64,000 nt of DNA from Eremomyces bilateralis CBS 781.70 (lineage: Eukaryota), in the NCBI GenBank assembly GCA_010015585.1, contig ML975157.1; one strand, 5' to 3'. Both the position numbers and the translations under genes were made by a program. Positions 50,401-64,000 of this stretch are shown here, piece by piece. Below the pieces are notes generated by a model. It worked only from the letters and a program-made list of their open reading frames with translations, did not search any database and had not been told where the DNA came from. Within the stretch, counting starts at the first letter, position 1, and every line of letters starts with the position of its first letter.

Positions 50401-51831
50401 ATGGGTTACTCAAGTACTCAGGTCATCGCACTGGGCGCCGTTTGCGGTGCACTGCCCATTCCTTTCGTTGCCCTGCGATTCTACTCCCGTACTCTAACGC
50501 CGGCTGGATTCAAAATCGACGACTGGCTCATCCTACCCGCCTTGGTAAGTCGACGATCGTTCGCTCGTCCCTTGTGGTGACGAGAAGGAGAATGGTGTCC
50601 ATAGGAAGCTGACATCTTAGAGTTGCTGACTGTCGGGATGGGAGCTGCTCTTATAATAGGTAGGTTAGCTGCGGCTCCATTCAATCGATACCTGCTAACA
50701 TGTTTCCAGACGGCGTACTAGGAGAATTGGGTACTCACCAGAGCAAACAATACGGCCCGGATAGCCAACCGGTCATGCACGACGCCCTGAAAATCTACGA
50801 GCAAGTGAAATTCACCATCCAGCTCTCCAACATCGCCGCCGTCGGCCTGTGCAAGCTCTCCCTCCTCTTCCTCTTCCGCCGCATCTTCTCTACCCAACCG
50901 TTCAAACGCGTCGTCGATGTCTCCATCGCCATCGCCACCGCCTGGCTCCTCGGCTTCTGGCTCGCGAGCCTCTTCCAATGCACGCCCGTCAATACTATCT
51001 GGACGCGCTGGGAGCGGGAGTACGCGCAATATTGCTTCGACGTCGTCAAGTTCTACTGGGCCATCGGGGTCACCGACGCCGTGACCGACCTCTTGATCAT
51101 GGTTCTGCCGATCCCGATGATCTGGAAGCTGCAGATGCCGATCAAGCAGCGTGTTGCCGTCGGCGGCATGTTCCTGGCGGGCTCGCTCGTCATTGCAGCG
51201 TCGGTCGCGCGCCTCGTCATCTTCCTGCAAGTCGGCGCGAAGATGGAACTCTACATCGACGACGTTACCTGTACGCACTCCTCCCCTCCTCCCATCTCCT
51301 CTAACCCCTCCCTCTAACTCCCCTTATCTAGACCACACCACCCCCGTCTTCTACTGGTCCGCCATCGAAGGCGCCCTCGCCTGCATCTCCGTCTGCCTCC
51401 CCACCCTCCGCCCCGCCCTTCTCCGCCTCTTCCCCGCCCTCGTATCCGGCTTCACCACCAACCACTCCCCCTCCCCCTCCGCCCGCTGGTCCTGGATCGT
51501 CTCCCGCATCGGCACCCGCCCCGCCGGCGCCCGCCCCTTCGACCCCGAGCTTGGCGACCCCGCATTCGGGAACGTTGTCACCATCTCCGCCGCCCAGCCG
51601 ATGTCGGAGTGTCCTGTGAAGTTTTCGAAGTCACAGGGGCGCGAGCAGCGCGGTGGCGGGCAGGAGTTGATGTTTGGTGACGGGGGGAGGCGGGGGTCGG
51701 TGCCGGTGCGGCCGGGGGAGCTGTCGAGGGCGATTATGGTGAAGATGGAGGTGTCGCATGAGCGAGAGGGGCCGGAGTCGGAGGATGAGAAGTCAGATGT
51801 GTCGAGCGAGAAGGATTTGGAGTCGCTTTGA
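50401..51831 (+). CDS. PTH11-like integral membrane receptor (fungal rhodopsin-like domain, no CFEM)
   Basis: MGYSSTQVIALG..VALRFYSR..DDWLILPAL, KLSLLFLFRRIF, FQCTP, TDLLIMVLPIPMIWKLQMP, WSAIEGALACISVCLPTLRP. Three introns. Confidence 0.9.
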
Positions 51832-53184
51832 GGGCCGGGTGGTTGCGGGGGCGGGAATCTTTCGAATTGGCGCGGGATGCGAGGGCGTTCAAAGCTGATC
51901 AAGTGCTCATTGAGGGCTTTGGAAGATGTGTCTGGAACGGCGTTTGCTGGATATGCTGTGGAAGATGGGTCCGGAATCACGACATAGGCGTGGCGTTTAT
52001 TGGATAGGTTGCTTTGGATACTTGTACGATACCCCGGAACATAGTGGTGTCTCCTCGAGCTTGTTGAACTCTATAATTCAGATTTCAAATCACGCACGTA
52101 TTTCAGGCTCGACAACGGGTTGCGATGTGATAGCGGTAGACGTTGGAATTCGATCCCGCCCGGATAGGGTTGACAAATGCCTCCATGCTACTAGCCCGCA
52201 AGGTACCTATCTCTGACGCCAGCAACTGGAGAGGTGTTCCGGACATCCATGCCCTCCGTTTTCCTCCTTATCCATTGCCCGAAATGAGCCAGAAGCGCGT
52301 CCCGATCCGTCCCCCGTCCAACCCAAGCCCAGTATAAACCGGTAAAGGCCCGTCCCGTTCGAACCCATTCGATCGCGGGGCGGCCGGCAAATGCAGATTC
52401 CAAGGAGATTCACAAGAAGCGGATTTTGAAAGGCAGGCGGATGGCGAATGGAGGTCGAGTATAATAAATGATAAAAAGATCCGTCCAGAAAGGCCAACGA
52501 GGAACCGGAACCGGAACCGAAGGGAAAGCAGAAGTTCAATGATCAAGAAGTAGAGCAATCCCAAGCACTGCGAAACGAGCGAAAAACAAACAAAGCAACC
52601 ATAAGCACACGCAAGAAGGCAAGAGAAGGGGAAGCTATTAAAGTATGGCCGATTCAGTTAGGGTAAGGGTTAAGTTACATGCTAGTTGGAGAAGAGAAAG
52701 GGGAAGGAAAATGAGGTTGATGAGGTGCAGGTATGGTTCAGGAGGATCCGCAGAATTGGGATCGGGGTGGGGATTAAGATATATGTGAGTGGTGAGGGGA
52801 GCAGTCGAAAGATTTCGGACCCTCCTGATGTATGAGTATGATGTGATTGATGATGTGCTCCAAGTCCGTAGGCAGTAGCCCGAGATCGCTCAGTGGCCGA
52901 ACCGTCGACGTGAGCTCTGATTCCACTCGAAGAGCGAGTGAGTGGAAAGGAAGGGTATTAATGTAGCGCAAAGTGATTTCGAAACGCGGAATGAGAAGAG
53001 AAAGGGAAAAAAGATCAAATATTGCACAGCTGAACTGCAATAAAAGAGCCGTGAATGTGTCGCCCCATCGCCGTAATGCCTGGATGGTGATTCTCCATCC
53101 ATGTTCTGCGTCGGACGTTCGCCGTCCGTCATCTCACTCGTCCTTCCTTCATCCGCCCGAGTGACTTGCCAATTCGGAGGATGC

Positions 53185-55824
53185 TCACATCCCGCCGTTG
53201 ACGCCGATGGCCATGCCGCCGCCACCGATCTCTTCCTCCGCCCAACCCGGGAGATTCCCCGCCCCGTTGCTGTCGCCTTGGATCGCGAGCCCGTAATGAT
53301 TGCCGCCGTATCCGCCGTTCGTCATGCCGCTGAAGGGATTGCCCATGGGCATCATGCCGGCCTGCGAGCCGGCCATCATCGGTCCCTGCTGGGTCGCCGC
53401 GGGGTGTTGGCCGTTGCCCTGGGTGAAGACCGGAAGGCTCACCGCGCGAGCGTGCTGGCCCCGTGCACCCGCGCCGGAGTTCGTGGGCGCGAGAAGACCG
53501 TTGACGGTGGTTGCGCCGGACGCTCCGTTCGCAGTTCCGTTCCCGTTTATGTAGGGTTGAGGGGACATGGCCATGGAAGATTGAATGGGTGCATGGGAGT
53601 GGGTATGCTGGTGGTTAGCCATCGAGTTTGAGCCCATATTCATGGAAGATCCGAGCGAAAAAGAAGCGCTAGGCCCGTGGGAAGCATGAGACGGGTTGGA
53701 ACTGGTCGAGGTGCCCTGGGGCGGGCTCGGGGAGTTAGATGGGTAGAAGGAGGCAGCATTGCCAGCGGTCGGGAAAGTCGGTGCGTGCCCGGAGGTGTTG
53801 GCGTCGTAAGCAGTCTGCTGCTGCTGATGTTGCTGCTGCTGTGCCTGTTGCAGGTAAATCAACAATGGATTGTTATTGCCAAGGTTGAGAATCGATGTAG
53901 GAGTGGGGGCCTGAGCCTGAACCGGAGGGGGAGCATGATGGCCGTTGAGCATATTGTTGGGTGAGCCAACTTCTTCGTTGTTCATCTGCGCCTGTTGCTG
54001 CTGCTGATTGTGTTGACCCATTTGCCTGGGCGGGTTGCCGCAGCGGTCTTTGCCGAAATTCACTTTGAATCGCTTGTACTCATCCTTTCCACGCACCGCT
54101 TCGATGGCCTTGATGGCATTCGCAATGTTCGTGAAATTGACAAATGCACAGCTCTTCTCCCGAAGCGCGTTCACTAGCTCGATCTCGCCGAACTCTGAGA
54201 AATCCTGCCTTAGTCGATCCTCCGTCCACGATTCGTCCAAATTGCCGATGTACACATTTCGAGATGCGCCACCGCTCACGGCGAGTGCAATTGCGGGGGG
54301 AAGCGCACCGGAGTGTTTGCCCCAGCCGATCTTGAGACGCCGATTATGGATCATCAGGCCCTGTACGTTCGAAAGGGCATAGAAAGAAGCCGCAGAAGTG
54401 GGATCGATGAAAGTGACAAAGCAGATGTGCTTGTCCGGAATGTACCGAATGTGATGGAGCAATCCACCACGCACCACGTTGCAAATTTCCTCGATGGTCG
54501 TCTCAGGGTGAATGTTCCCCAGGTACACCGTCCGATTTCCCAGATTGTTGACACCACCGGCCGATGTTGCCACCGCTGCCGCTGCAACAGACTGCTGAGC
54601 CAACGCATTCGAAATCAGGTCGCGATCCGCACCGTTCAGCACGTGAGCGTAACCCGGCGCGATTCCGAGATATTGAGCGGCGTTCTGCTGCTGCGTCTTC
54701 GACACATATGCGCAACGGTCCTTTCCGTAGAACACACGTCGTGGAGCCTGCCATTTGGTTTCTTGCGGTAACTGAGCCACGGCTTTGACAGCATTCCCGA
54801 TGGACAAAAAGTGTACAAAGGCAATGTTCTTCTCCCTCACAATCTTGACGGTGTCAATCGGTCCGAATTTGCCAAGATCCTCTCGAATTTCCTCTTCGGT
54901 GATATCCTCGGACAAGTTGCCAAGATACACGTTCCTGGACGCATTCGATTGCTGGACTGCAAGCGCCACCGAAGTAGGCACCGGCGATGGCTTTCCCCAA
55001 CCGATCTTAATATCTTGCCCCTTGATGGCAAGTTTCTTGAGGATGGCATCGGAGTGAAAGTGAGTCGCCGAGCTGCTGTCAAGGAACGAAATGAAAGCGC
55101 AGTTCTTGTCCGGTAGGAGTCTGACCGACTCAATTTGGCCGCTTCGAACGTGTCCTAGGATCTCCTCCGCGGTAGTGTCTTGGGGGATATTGCCAAGATA
55201 GACGGTTCGGCTCGTCCCGGACATCAATCCTGGGGACAAGCCCAACGGATTGCCATAACCACCAAGGGTGTGGTTCCCGAGATTTCCGTATCCTCCAGTG
55301 GGAGACTGTGGAGCACCATAGAAGTTGCCAGCACCGACAGCGGCGGGTTGCATGAGGTTCTGATACATGGTTGGCGAAAGATTGGTATGCCCCTGCGTCG
55401 GACTACCGAGTTGGGTCTGTTGCTGAGATTGAGTGACAGATCCCTGATTCGGAAAGGTGGAGAAGTTCTGGAACTGAGGAGTGAAGGCGTTCGGGGATCC
55501 AGGCTGAAAAGGGCTGCCTAGAAGGAGCTGGGAAGGCAACAGCGGGGTGAAATTCATGTCATATGCGGTTCCAGGCGTTTGCATGTCGCTGCTGCCTGGT
55601 GCATGACCGTGTTGATTGCCGCCTCCCATTCGCCCCGTGTTGATATTGGGGATATTCGGGCGCTGCAAGTGACGATCTCCGAACGAGGGCTGGTTCCCGT
55701 GAAAGGCTCCGTGAGAAAATCCGGTACCATCACCGTTCATATTCGCGCCATTCATGTTCGCTTTGCCGTATGGAGGGAAACGGTTCGAACCAGGGCCATT
55801 CGGCGCGGAGTCAGGATGCTGCAT
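53185..55824 (-). CDS. MRN1: Four-RRM RNA-binding protein, Mrn1 / S. pombe Nrd1-like
   Basis: Intronless ORF with four RRMs (SRTVYLGNI, SRNVYLGNL, NRTVYLGNI, SRNVYIGNL; KIGWGK and GKDRC motifs) and Q/N/G-rich termini. First ATG at 55824. Confidence 0.9.
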   Translation of the reverse strand: MQHPDSAPNGPGSNRFPPYGKANMNGANMNGDGTGFSHGAFHGNQPSFGDRHLQRPNIPNINTGRMGGGNQHGHAPGSSDMQTPGTAYDMNFTPLLPSQLLLGSPFQPGSPNAFTPQFQNFSTFPNQGSVTQSQQQTQLGSPTQGHTNLSPTMYQNLMQPAAVGAGNFYGAPQSPTGGYGNLGNHTLGGYGNPLGLSPGLMSGTSRTVYLGNIPQDTTAEEILGHVRSGQIESVRLLPDKNCAFISFLDSSSATHFHSDAILKKLAIKGQDIKIGWGKPSPVPTSVALAVQQSNASRNVYLGNLSEDITEEEIREDLGKFGPIDTVKIVREKNIAFVHFLSIGNAVKAVAQLPQETKWQAPRRVFYGKDRCAYVSKTQQQNAAQYLGIAPGYAHVLNGADRDLISNALAQQSVAAAAVATSAGGVNNLGNRTVYLGNIHPETTIEEICNVVRGGLLHHIRYIPDKHICFVTFIDPTSAASFYALSNVQGLMIHNRRLKIGWGKHSGALPPAIALAVSGGASRNVYIGNLDESWTEDRLRQDFSEFGEIELVNALREKSCAFVNFTNIANAIKAIEAVRGKDEYKRFKVNFGKDRCGNPPRQMGQHNQQQQQAQMNNEEVGSPNNMLNGHHAPPPVQAQAPTPTSILNLGNNNPLLIYLQQAQQQQHQQQQTAYDANTSGHAPTFPTAGNAASFYPSNSPSPPQGTSTSSNPSHASHGPSASFSLGSSMNMGSNSMANHQHTHSHAPIQSSMAMSPQPYINGNGTANGASGATTVNGLLAPTNSGAGARGQHARAVSLPVFTQGNGQHPAATQQGPMMAGSQAGMMPMGNPFSGMTNGGYGGNHYGLAIQGDSNGAGNLPGWAEEEIGGGGMAIGVNGGM

Positions 55825-57875
55825 ATCGAGCAATGGGACAAGATCGTCCTTGAAAGTTTCCGAAAGTATCGCGTGGGGAGAAGCAAGGAGGGTCGACACG
55901 AAAGGTCACGACCGACGAAGGAAACAAGCGAGGGGGTCGGGGACGGGCCTAAACCACGTCGAGGGCAGGAATCGGCACTGAAACTGGAGTCCGATCGATG
56001 TTGTTACGATCAGGGGACTCTGGAGAACCGAGACGAATGAGTTAGCTTCAAGAATTCCATTATCGGCATTCTTCTGAGTGGAAGCGGAATGCGGAAATAT
56101 CAAGACTGAGGAATGAGACTTACGAGTTCTATAGACACGAAGGGTCTGGAAACGACGTACGACTTATCGTGAACCTTCTCTGCACATCAAGCACCGATTC
56201 GAGGGCAGCTTCGATTACTATTCACACTTGTTGTCGGACAATACGCGACGCAAACTGCACTATTGAACCAGAGCTGTGGGTGATTATCTGGTGTCCGTAT
56301 TTGAGGGCGGACAATGCGAAGGGGCGTTCCGCTATTGACAATCTCTTGTTCACAATGTACAGGTGATGGAATGATCGAGGGACAGTCGACGTAAATAAGC
56401 ACTATTGCTTGGGGGATGAATACAGAACCAAAGGATGGTGGTGTGGATTCGGGGGTGTCTGGCGGTCGATGGAGGGAATTATGGAATAACACGGTCGAAT
56501 TGGCGAAACAATGAATAGGCGAATAACACTATTATAAGTGAATCGGCAGCTATTGAACGAGTGAACGAAGAATAGATGTAAACGGATTACAAGCCTAAGG
56601 GAATAGATGGCAGAATCAATAGCGAGGGTGTGGAGTGAATAGCTAAACCGAGCTAGGTAGCTATTCAAGGTAACACAGATGGGAGAAGATGAGAAGGAGA
56701 GAAGTGAAGACAATACTTCGAAAGACTGGAGATAAAAGGAAGTGAAGCGAATGAAGATATGGATTGAATGAATGAAGGAGAGTAAAAGGTGGTGGTGAAT
56801 GGGGAGAGTGAGAAGAGCGATGAATGAATCGAGGATGAGATGGAGAGTGAGAGACAAGGAGAGGAGTGACACAAAACAGACCCTCACACAAGGAGTAACA
56901 AGGGTTAACAGAAGGCCACAAGGCCAGACCCAGGGCTGGCCTGAGCTTGGGCGTCGGTTGTACCTGGCGCTTATCCCGATTCGGTATGAGGATCTACTGT
57001 GATTGGATGATTGGATGAATGCCTTGAATGCCTGACGCTAAATAGTCAACGCCGTCTATTGTAATTTGCTGGATGGAAGCCAGAATCCCATTGGGCTGGT
57101 GAAGGTGTACAGTAAATAAAGTACAGAGAAACACTGTGTACGATATTAATATTACTGGCATCCTTTTTTCCAATGGTCACGCAAGAGGATGTTCTCGTTT
57201 AAGTATTATCTCAATTTCCATCAATTTAATCAACCCAATCATGGTCCCCGGTATTGGGGATGGTGGCATATTACCGCGAGCCAGTTGTCCCGGGAAAAGG
57301 AGATCGACCAACGATGGATCCTCCGGTTCAAATTGCATCTTGGCTTCCTTCAAGACTTCAACGTGCATGTGGATCGGGTGGATCGCTGGCGAGTTGTGCC
57401 CTGCCGAGTGCAGAGTGCAGAGTGCAGCCTGCACACCTCACAGAAGTCTCCTGTAGTCCTGTTGTCAATCTTGTCATGCTGTGCTCTTTCATCTGTAGCC
57501 GAAGAACCCGCCCGCGTGGAATTGGCTGCCGATCGGGGGTGCGCCTTGAGCAACTCCATTCAACGCCTCGTGGGCCCGGTTGACGGCTGGTCCATAGCTC
57601 AGGGCGACAGACAGGGCCGGCCGCTGGACGCAGGGAGCTGCAGCTAACGGAGGTCGGGGCGAGAGCCGCAACACGTGTGAGCTGTGATTCTGTGAACTTT
57701 CCCAACGTCGATCCATGCAGCTCGGATCTTTTCAAGTTTCAATCTCCCAAAAAGTCCATCCCATCATCTATCCCAACCACATCCCGCGTCGAGGTGAAGA
57801 CGTGTGGCCGTGTCACAGGCATCGGCTTCGTCGCACTCGGGTCCAGTCAAGTGGACATGCTGTCCATCCGCCGCC

Positions 57876-59796
<1,921 letters not shown>

Positions 59797-60219
59797 GTGG
59801 AAGGGCGGGACGGAGTGAATCATGCTTAGATACCCGCAGATTTAGACGTCTTGATTGTATGGAATATAGAGGAAAAGACTATATTAATAATTTACACTGG
59901 AATACAGTGACCCCCTTTCCTATTCTTGCAATTACATTGCAAAAGTAATTTAAGTCGAGATACAGTAATCATAGGACATCCGTCTCAGGGGCTGGGCCGC
60001 TGGGGGATCGGACGAAAGCTTGCCTCAGACGTCATCAGGCACCAACACGGGAACTTCACCCGAAAACCGAAGCCAACCGAAGATCAGCCACCCGCAACTT
60101 GGACATGGAGCGACTTCGCCCGAGTCTTGCTCTCTCGAAATACCATCAACCGTCCCCAATCCTCCCAATTGAACCCCTTTCAAGTCTTTTAGAGTGCAGT
60201 TGGAGGAGGAGTTTGCATC

Positions 60220-61177
60220 ATGTCTGGGCTACGGGTACTTGTCCCCATCAAACGGGTGATCGACTATGCAGTATGTCTCCCCCCTGGAACAATCTGGATT
60301 TCCCTTCCCCCGCTTCACCACCAAGGACAGTAGAGACAATCCGCACCTACGGAGACTCTACCTCTATGATACCAGCTCACCCCTAATCCCTCCCCCCTTC
60401 CTCCCCAATCCACCATCCTCGAACTAACCCCCCCAGGTCAAACCCCGCATCAACAAATCCCACACCGGCGTCGAAACCGCCGGCGTCAAACACAGCATGA
60501 ACCCCTTCGATGAGCTCTCCATCGAAGAAGCCGTCCGCCTCCGCGAACGCGCCGCGAAATCCCCCACCACCTCCCCCCGCATCGCCGACATCCTCGCCTT
60601 CACCGCCGGCCCCCCGAAGGCCGCCGACGCGCTCCGCACCGCGCTCGCCATGGGCGCGGATCGCGGGATCCACGTCACCGTCGCCGACGACGCACCGCCA
60701 CTGGAGCCGCTGGGCGTAGCGAAGTTGCTCGCGCAGGTGGCGCGCGAGGAGAAGGCGGACTTGGTGATTCTCGGGAAGCAGGCGATTGATGGGGATATGG
60801 GGCAGACGGGGCAGATGGTGGCGGGGTTGTTGGGGTGGGGGCAGGCGACACAGGCGGCACAGGTGACGGTGGGGGTAGAAGGGGGCGTGGAGGTGGTGCG
60901 GGAGGTGGATGGGGGCCAGGAAACACTGAAGGGGAAGTTGCCGATGGTGATCACGACGGATTTAAGGTTGAATGAGCCGCGATATGCGAGCTTGCCGAAT
61001 ATTATGAAGGCGAAGAAGAAGCCGGTGGTGAAGCGCTCATTGGAGGAGATGGGGGTAGATGTGGAGAGGCGGTTGAAGACGGTGAGCGTGGAGGAGCCGC
61101 CGGCGAGGGAGGGAGGAGTGAAGGTGGAGAATGTCGATGGGATGATTGCAAAGTTGAAGGAATTGGGAGCGCTATAA
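60220..61177 (+). CDS. CIR1: Electron transfer flavoprotein beta subunit
   Basis: Exon 60220-60270 (MSGLRVLVPIKRVIDYA), intron, then exon from 60437: VKPR..SMNPFDELSIEEA, ALAMGADRGIHV, GKQAIDGD, DLRLNEPRYASLPNIMKAKKK. Confidence 0.96.
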
Positions 61178-61378
61178 TTGGTAACATCTACAAAATTCAT
61201 ATAGATTGGCTAGGTAGCATGCCAGCAGCATGCGGGAGGATTTTTGAATAATAGAGCAACATGTATTTTCTGCATCTTGAGAATCTATCCAAGATATAAA
61301 AATAAGGGCCAATGCTTCGTAACTCCGGCTCGTCATCGTACAATCCCTTCCACTTCCAACACCCAAGATGCATCCATC

Positions 61379-62894
61379 CTACCAATCCCCCCACCCATCG
61401 TCTCCGTCCTTCTTCCCCCCTTCATTCCCCTTCTTCATCGCCGCCGTCCCAATCGCCCCGCTCTTCTTCGCCGGCCCTCCCTGCCCCTGCGTCGTCGTCT
61501 CCCCCGCCGCCGCAAACTCATCCCAGAAGTCCTTCTTCTCCGCCGGCGGCCCGACCTTGCTCGTTGTAGCAGCCGGTTCCTCTCCGCCGAACGAATCCCA
61601 GAAATCCTTCCGTTCCGGGCCGGTGGAGCTGGCGGGATGGAGCTTCCCGTCCTCGCCTTCGACGAAGCGGCCGAAGGATTCGGTGGCCGTGCGGGTAGTG
61701 GATTGGAGACCGGCTCCGAGGTTCAGGGCGGTTTGGCTGGCGGCTTTGGAAAGGTCGGACTCGGCGAACTAATACAGCGCGATCAGTATCTGCGTCCAGC
61801 GAAGTCCGGCCCAAAGCGAGACGGGTGGTTTTTCGACTTACCTTCTTCATCCCCGGCACCACCCACCCCTCATACCCATCCTTCGCCCCCTTCCCCACCG
61901 TCGTACTCAACCACCCAAACCCTTTCGACAACGCCGCCACCGGATCCTTCTGAAACTCATCCAACCCCAAACCCCCGCCGGACCCTCCCGCCGGCCCCGC
62001 TAGATACGACGGATCGCTCCCAAACCCCGCGTACTTCCCCCCCTCGCTCGGCGCCAAGTCCGCCGACCGCCCCGCGTTCTCTGCCCCCATCCTCGAGAAA
62101 TACGCCTCATTCTGCGCTTTCCGCGCTGCTGCTGCTGACAGGCTCGATGTCCCCAGCGCCGGCGACCCTCCCTTCCCCGGTGCCGGCCCCTCCGCTACCC
62201 GCGTCCGCGCCACCGGCGTCGCCGCCCGACTGCTCTGCCCGGACGACCCACCCATCGCGGCGCCAGCGCCAGCCCGCTGTTGTGCGCGCTCCGCCGCGGT
62301 CTTCCTCCGCTTCTCTCGCTCCTTCTCCACGGAGCCGGCGACGAACTCGCGCCCCTCGACCTTGCAGCTCAAGCGCTCCCGCCACTCCTCGGCGGCGAGG
62401 GAATCGTAGCGGTCGGCGACGGTGCAGTCGTCGAAGGTGCGGGCCTGGGCCACGTTGTCTGGGTGGCGGTCAAAGAAGTCGCGCCAGGGTTGGTTGCCGC
62501 CGAGGGACATGCGGGCGAGCTCGGCGGGCTTGAAGGCGTCCATGGTGATGGAGCGGACGAAGGAGATGTGGACGCCGAGGCCGCGGTGGATGCCGGAGCA
62601 GGTGAGGCACATGAAGATGCCGAGTTTGGGGGAAGCCTGGGAGAGTTAGTGGTGGTGCCCCGGAGGGGCCGATAAGGATGTTGGGGGGTAGAGAGATGAC
62701 CTACCCATTGTGGACTCGGTGCGGGGCAATCGACACACACGTTGTTGTTGTTCGTCTTCTGGATCTCGAGGAGCTGTGTTTCGCAACGCCATGTCAGTCA
62801 ATTCTCCATAAGCGTCTACTGCACCGAAGGGGGTCTAAAGGCGACTGACCTTGCTCCTTGTCTCCGGATCCACCTCCCACATCTTGCCCGCCAT
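61379..62894 (-). CDS. GCS1: ADP-ribosylation factor GTPase-activating protein (ArfGAP1/Gcs1)
   Basis: MAGKMWEVDPETRSK, zinc finger CVDCPAPSPQW/ASPKLGIFMCLTCSGIHRGLGVHISFVRSITMD, PSEGGKYAGFG, KDFWD repeats, terminal DDGWGDW*. Confidence 0.95.
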
Positions 62895-64000
62895 CTTTGC
62901 TCGTGAATTCCCTTGCAATGGGGTTTCGTCCAGGGACTCGATTTATACGATGAGAAGAATGCCGCGGTTTAATTTCAACGGGAGAGAGGGATCGAAGGAC
63001 GATATCGGCGTAGTCACTTCAGGTCGCCTAGCATGCGGAACCTTAGCGATACGAGAAGGTTCAGGATATCGCGATGTAGGTGGTCGGTAACAGCGAAGAT
63101 CCGGAATATGTTGAGCAGTAGCACGGCCGATTCGGTAGTTAGAATTGATAATAGGGACAGTTTTTAGACGTTTAAGATTCCAGGAAGGAAATTGAACGCT
63201 GGGATGTCGTCGTTCGAGACGTAGGAGGGCTGGACAGGAATCAGGGATCTTGATGCCCTGGCTGCAGAGAGCATGTGATTGGTGAATTCAACAGAACATC
63301 CCCAAGCAACGATATCACCCTGAATTCTGAGACAAATATCACTAATATTAGAAGCAAGTTCAATGGGTATCCATAATCATCATGTTCTCTCCAGACTACT
63401 TCAAGTCTAAGAAGTAATATACAATCCCTCTTAGCGCTGCGCGTGCTTTTATATCGAATCTGCATCCTAAGTTCTAGGCCATCGTCCAGATCGGGATGCA
63501 TCCTCGCAGTCTCCGAGACCAGGACGATTCCAACCCACTCCACAGAACCTAACCCACCACAGGAGTCACCCCGTTCGTGGGAAGGCCTGCATATACTCAA
63601 ATCCGATAATCAACCATTCGTCACATCGCCCGCTGCGCGATGATCGCTCGCTGGATCATCGATGAAAACCGCAAAATCCCAGGCGTCGCGGTGACACCAG
63701 TGGGGGGTGTATCTCGTCCCGTACGCCGTTGCTATGAGCGGTCGATCAAGGCGCGAGCCATAGAGCGACAGGATTCGCTGCCGATGACCGCCGTGGCTCG
63801 AAAAACAAAATCTGAATCAAGGAAGGAAACGTCCGTCTATGTACTGGTTTCGCGTGACGTTGGTATCAGGGGGGTGGGGAGAAGTGCTCGTCGAGCTATT
63901 TGTAGGTCGTTGGAGACGGTTCATCCAGACCTGCCAATGTTCTGCAGGGACTCGCTGGGTGTGGGTGGGTCAGGGTTTCGCACCTAGTCGAGACTGGTTA

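Noticed and set aside
63000..64000. ORFs 63241-63600 (-) and 63640-63987 (+)
   Set aside because: No recognisable motifs or coherent exon structure.

Overview
Fungal (Pezizomycotina-type filamentous ascomycete) genomic DNA with short GT-AG introns. Two blocks of conserved housekeeping genes are present. The left block holds PMT4 (partial), YEA4, CDC55, RPL3, CCT4 and RPT1. The right block holds EAF6, DST1/TFIIS, MDE1, a CorA-domain protein, a PWWP protein, a PTH11-like receptor, an MRN1/Nrd1-like RRM protein, ALG8, ETF-beta and GCS1. Between them, flbC sits in about 14 kb of gene-poor sequence, and an accessory island at about 11.6-19.4 kb holds a pogo-type HTH relic, two decayed kinase genes, two identical head-to-tail 5S rRNA genes and a 2.3 kb piggyBac-family transposon. 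The transposon is the most striking feature. It is inserted 28 nt upstream of a 5S gene start, lacks the canonical TTAA duplication (its ends read as TA|TCCC...GGGA|TA), and appears disabled at its start codon and third catalytic Asp. It is a candidate 5S/Pol III-associated piggyBac lineage, but this rests on one insertion. Also noted: long AUG-free leaders with a single tiny uORF in front of flbC and MRN1, insertions in MDE1, and strong 5'-C/3'-G skew in several genes. Gene names come from my recognition of protein motifs; no database search was run.
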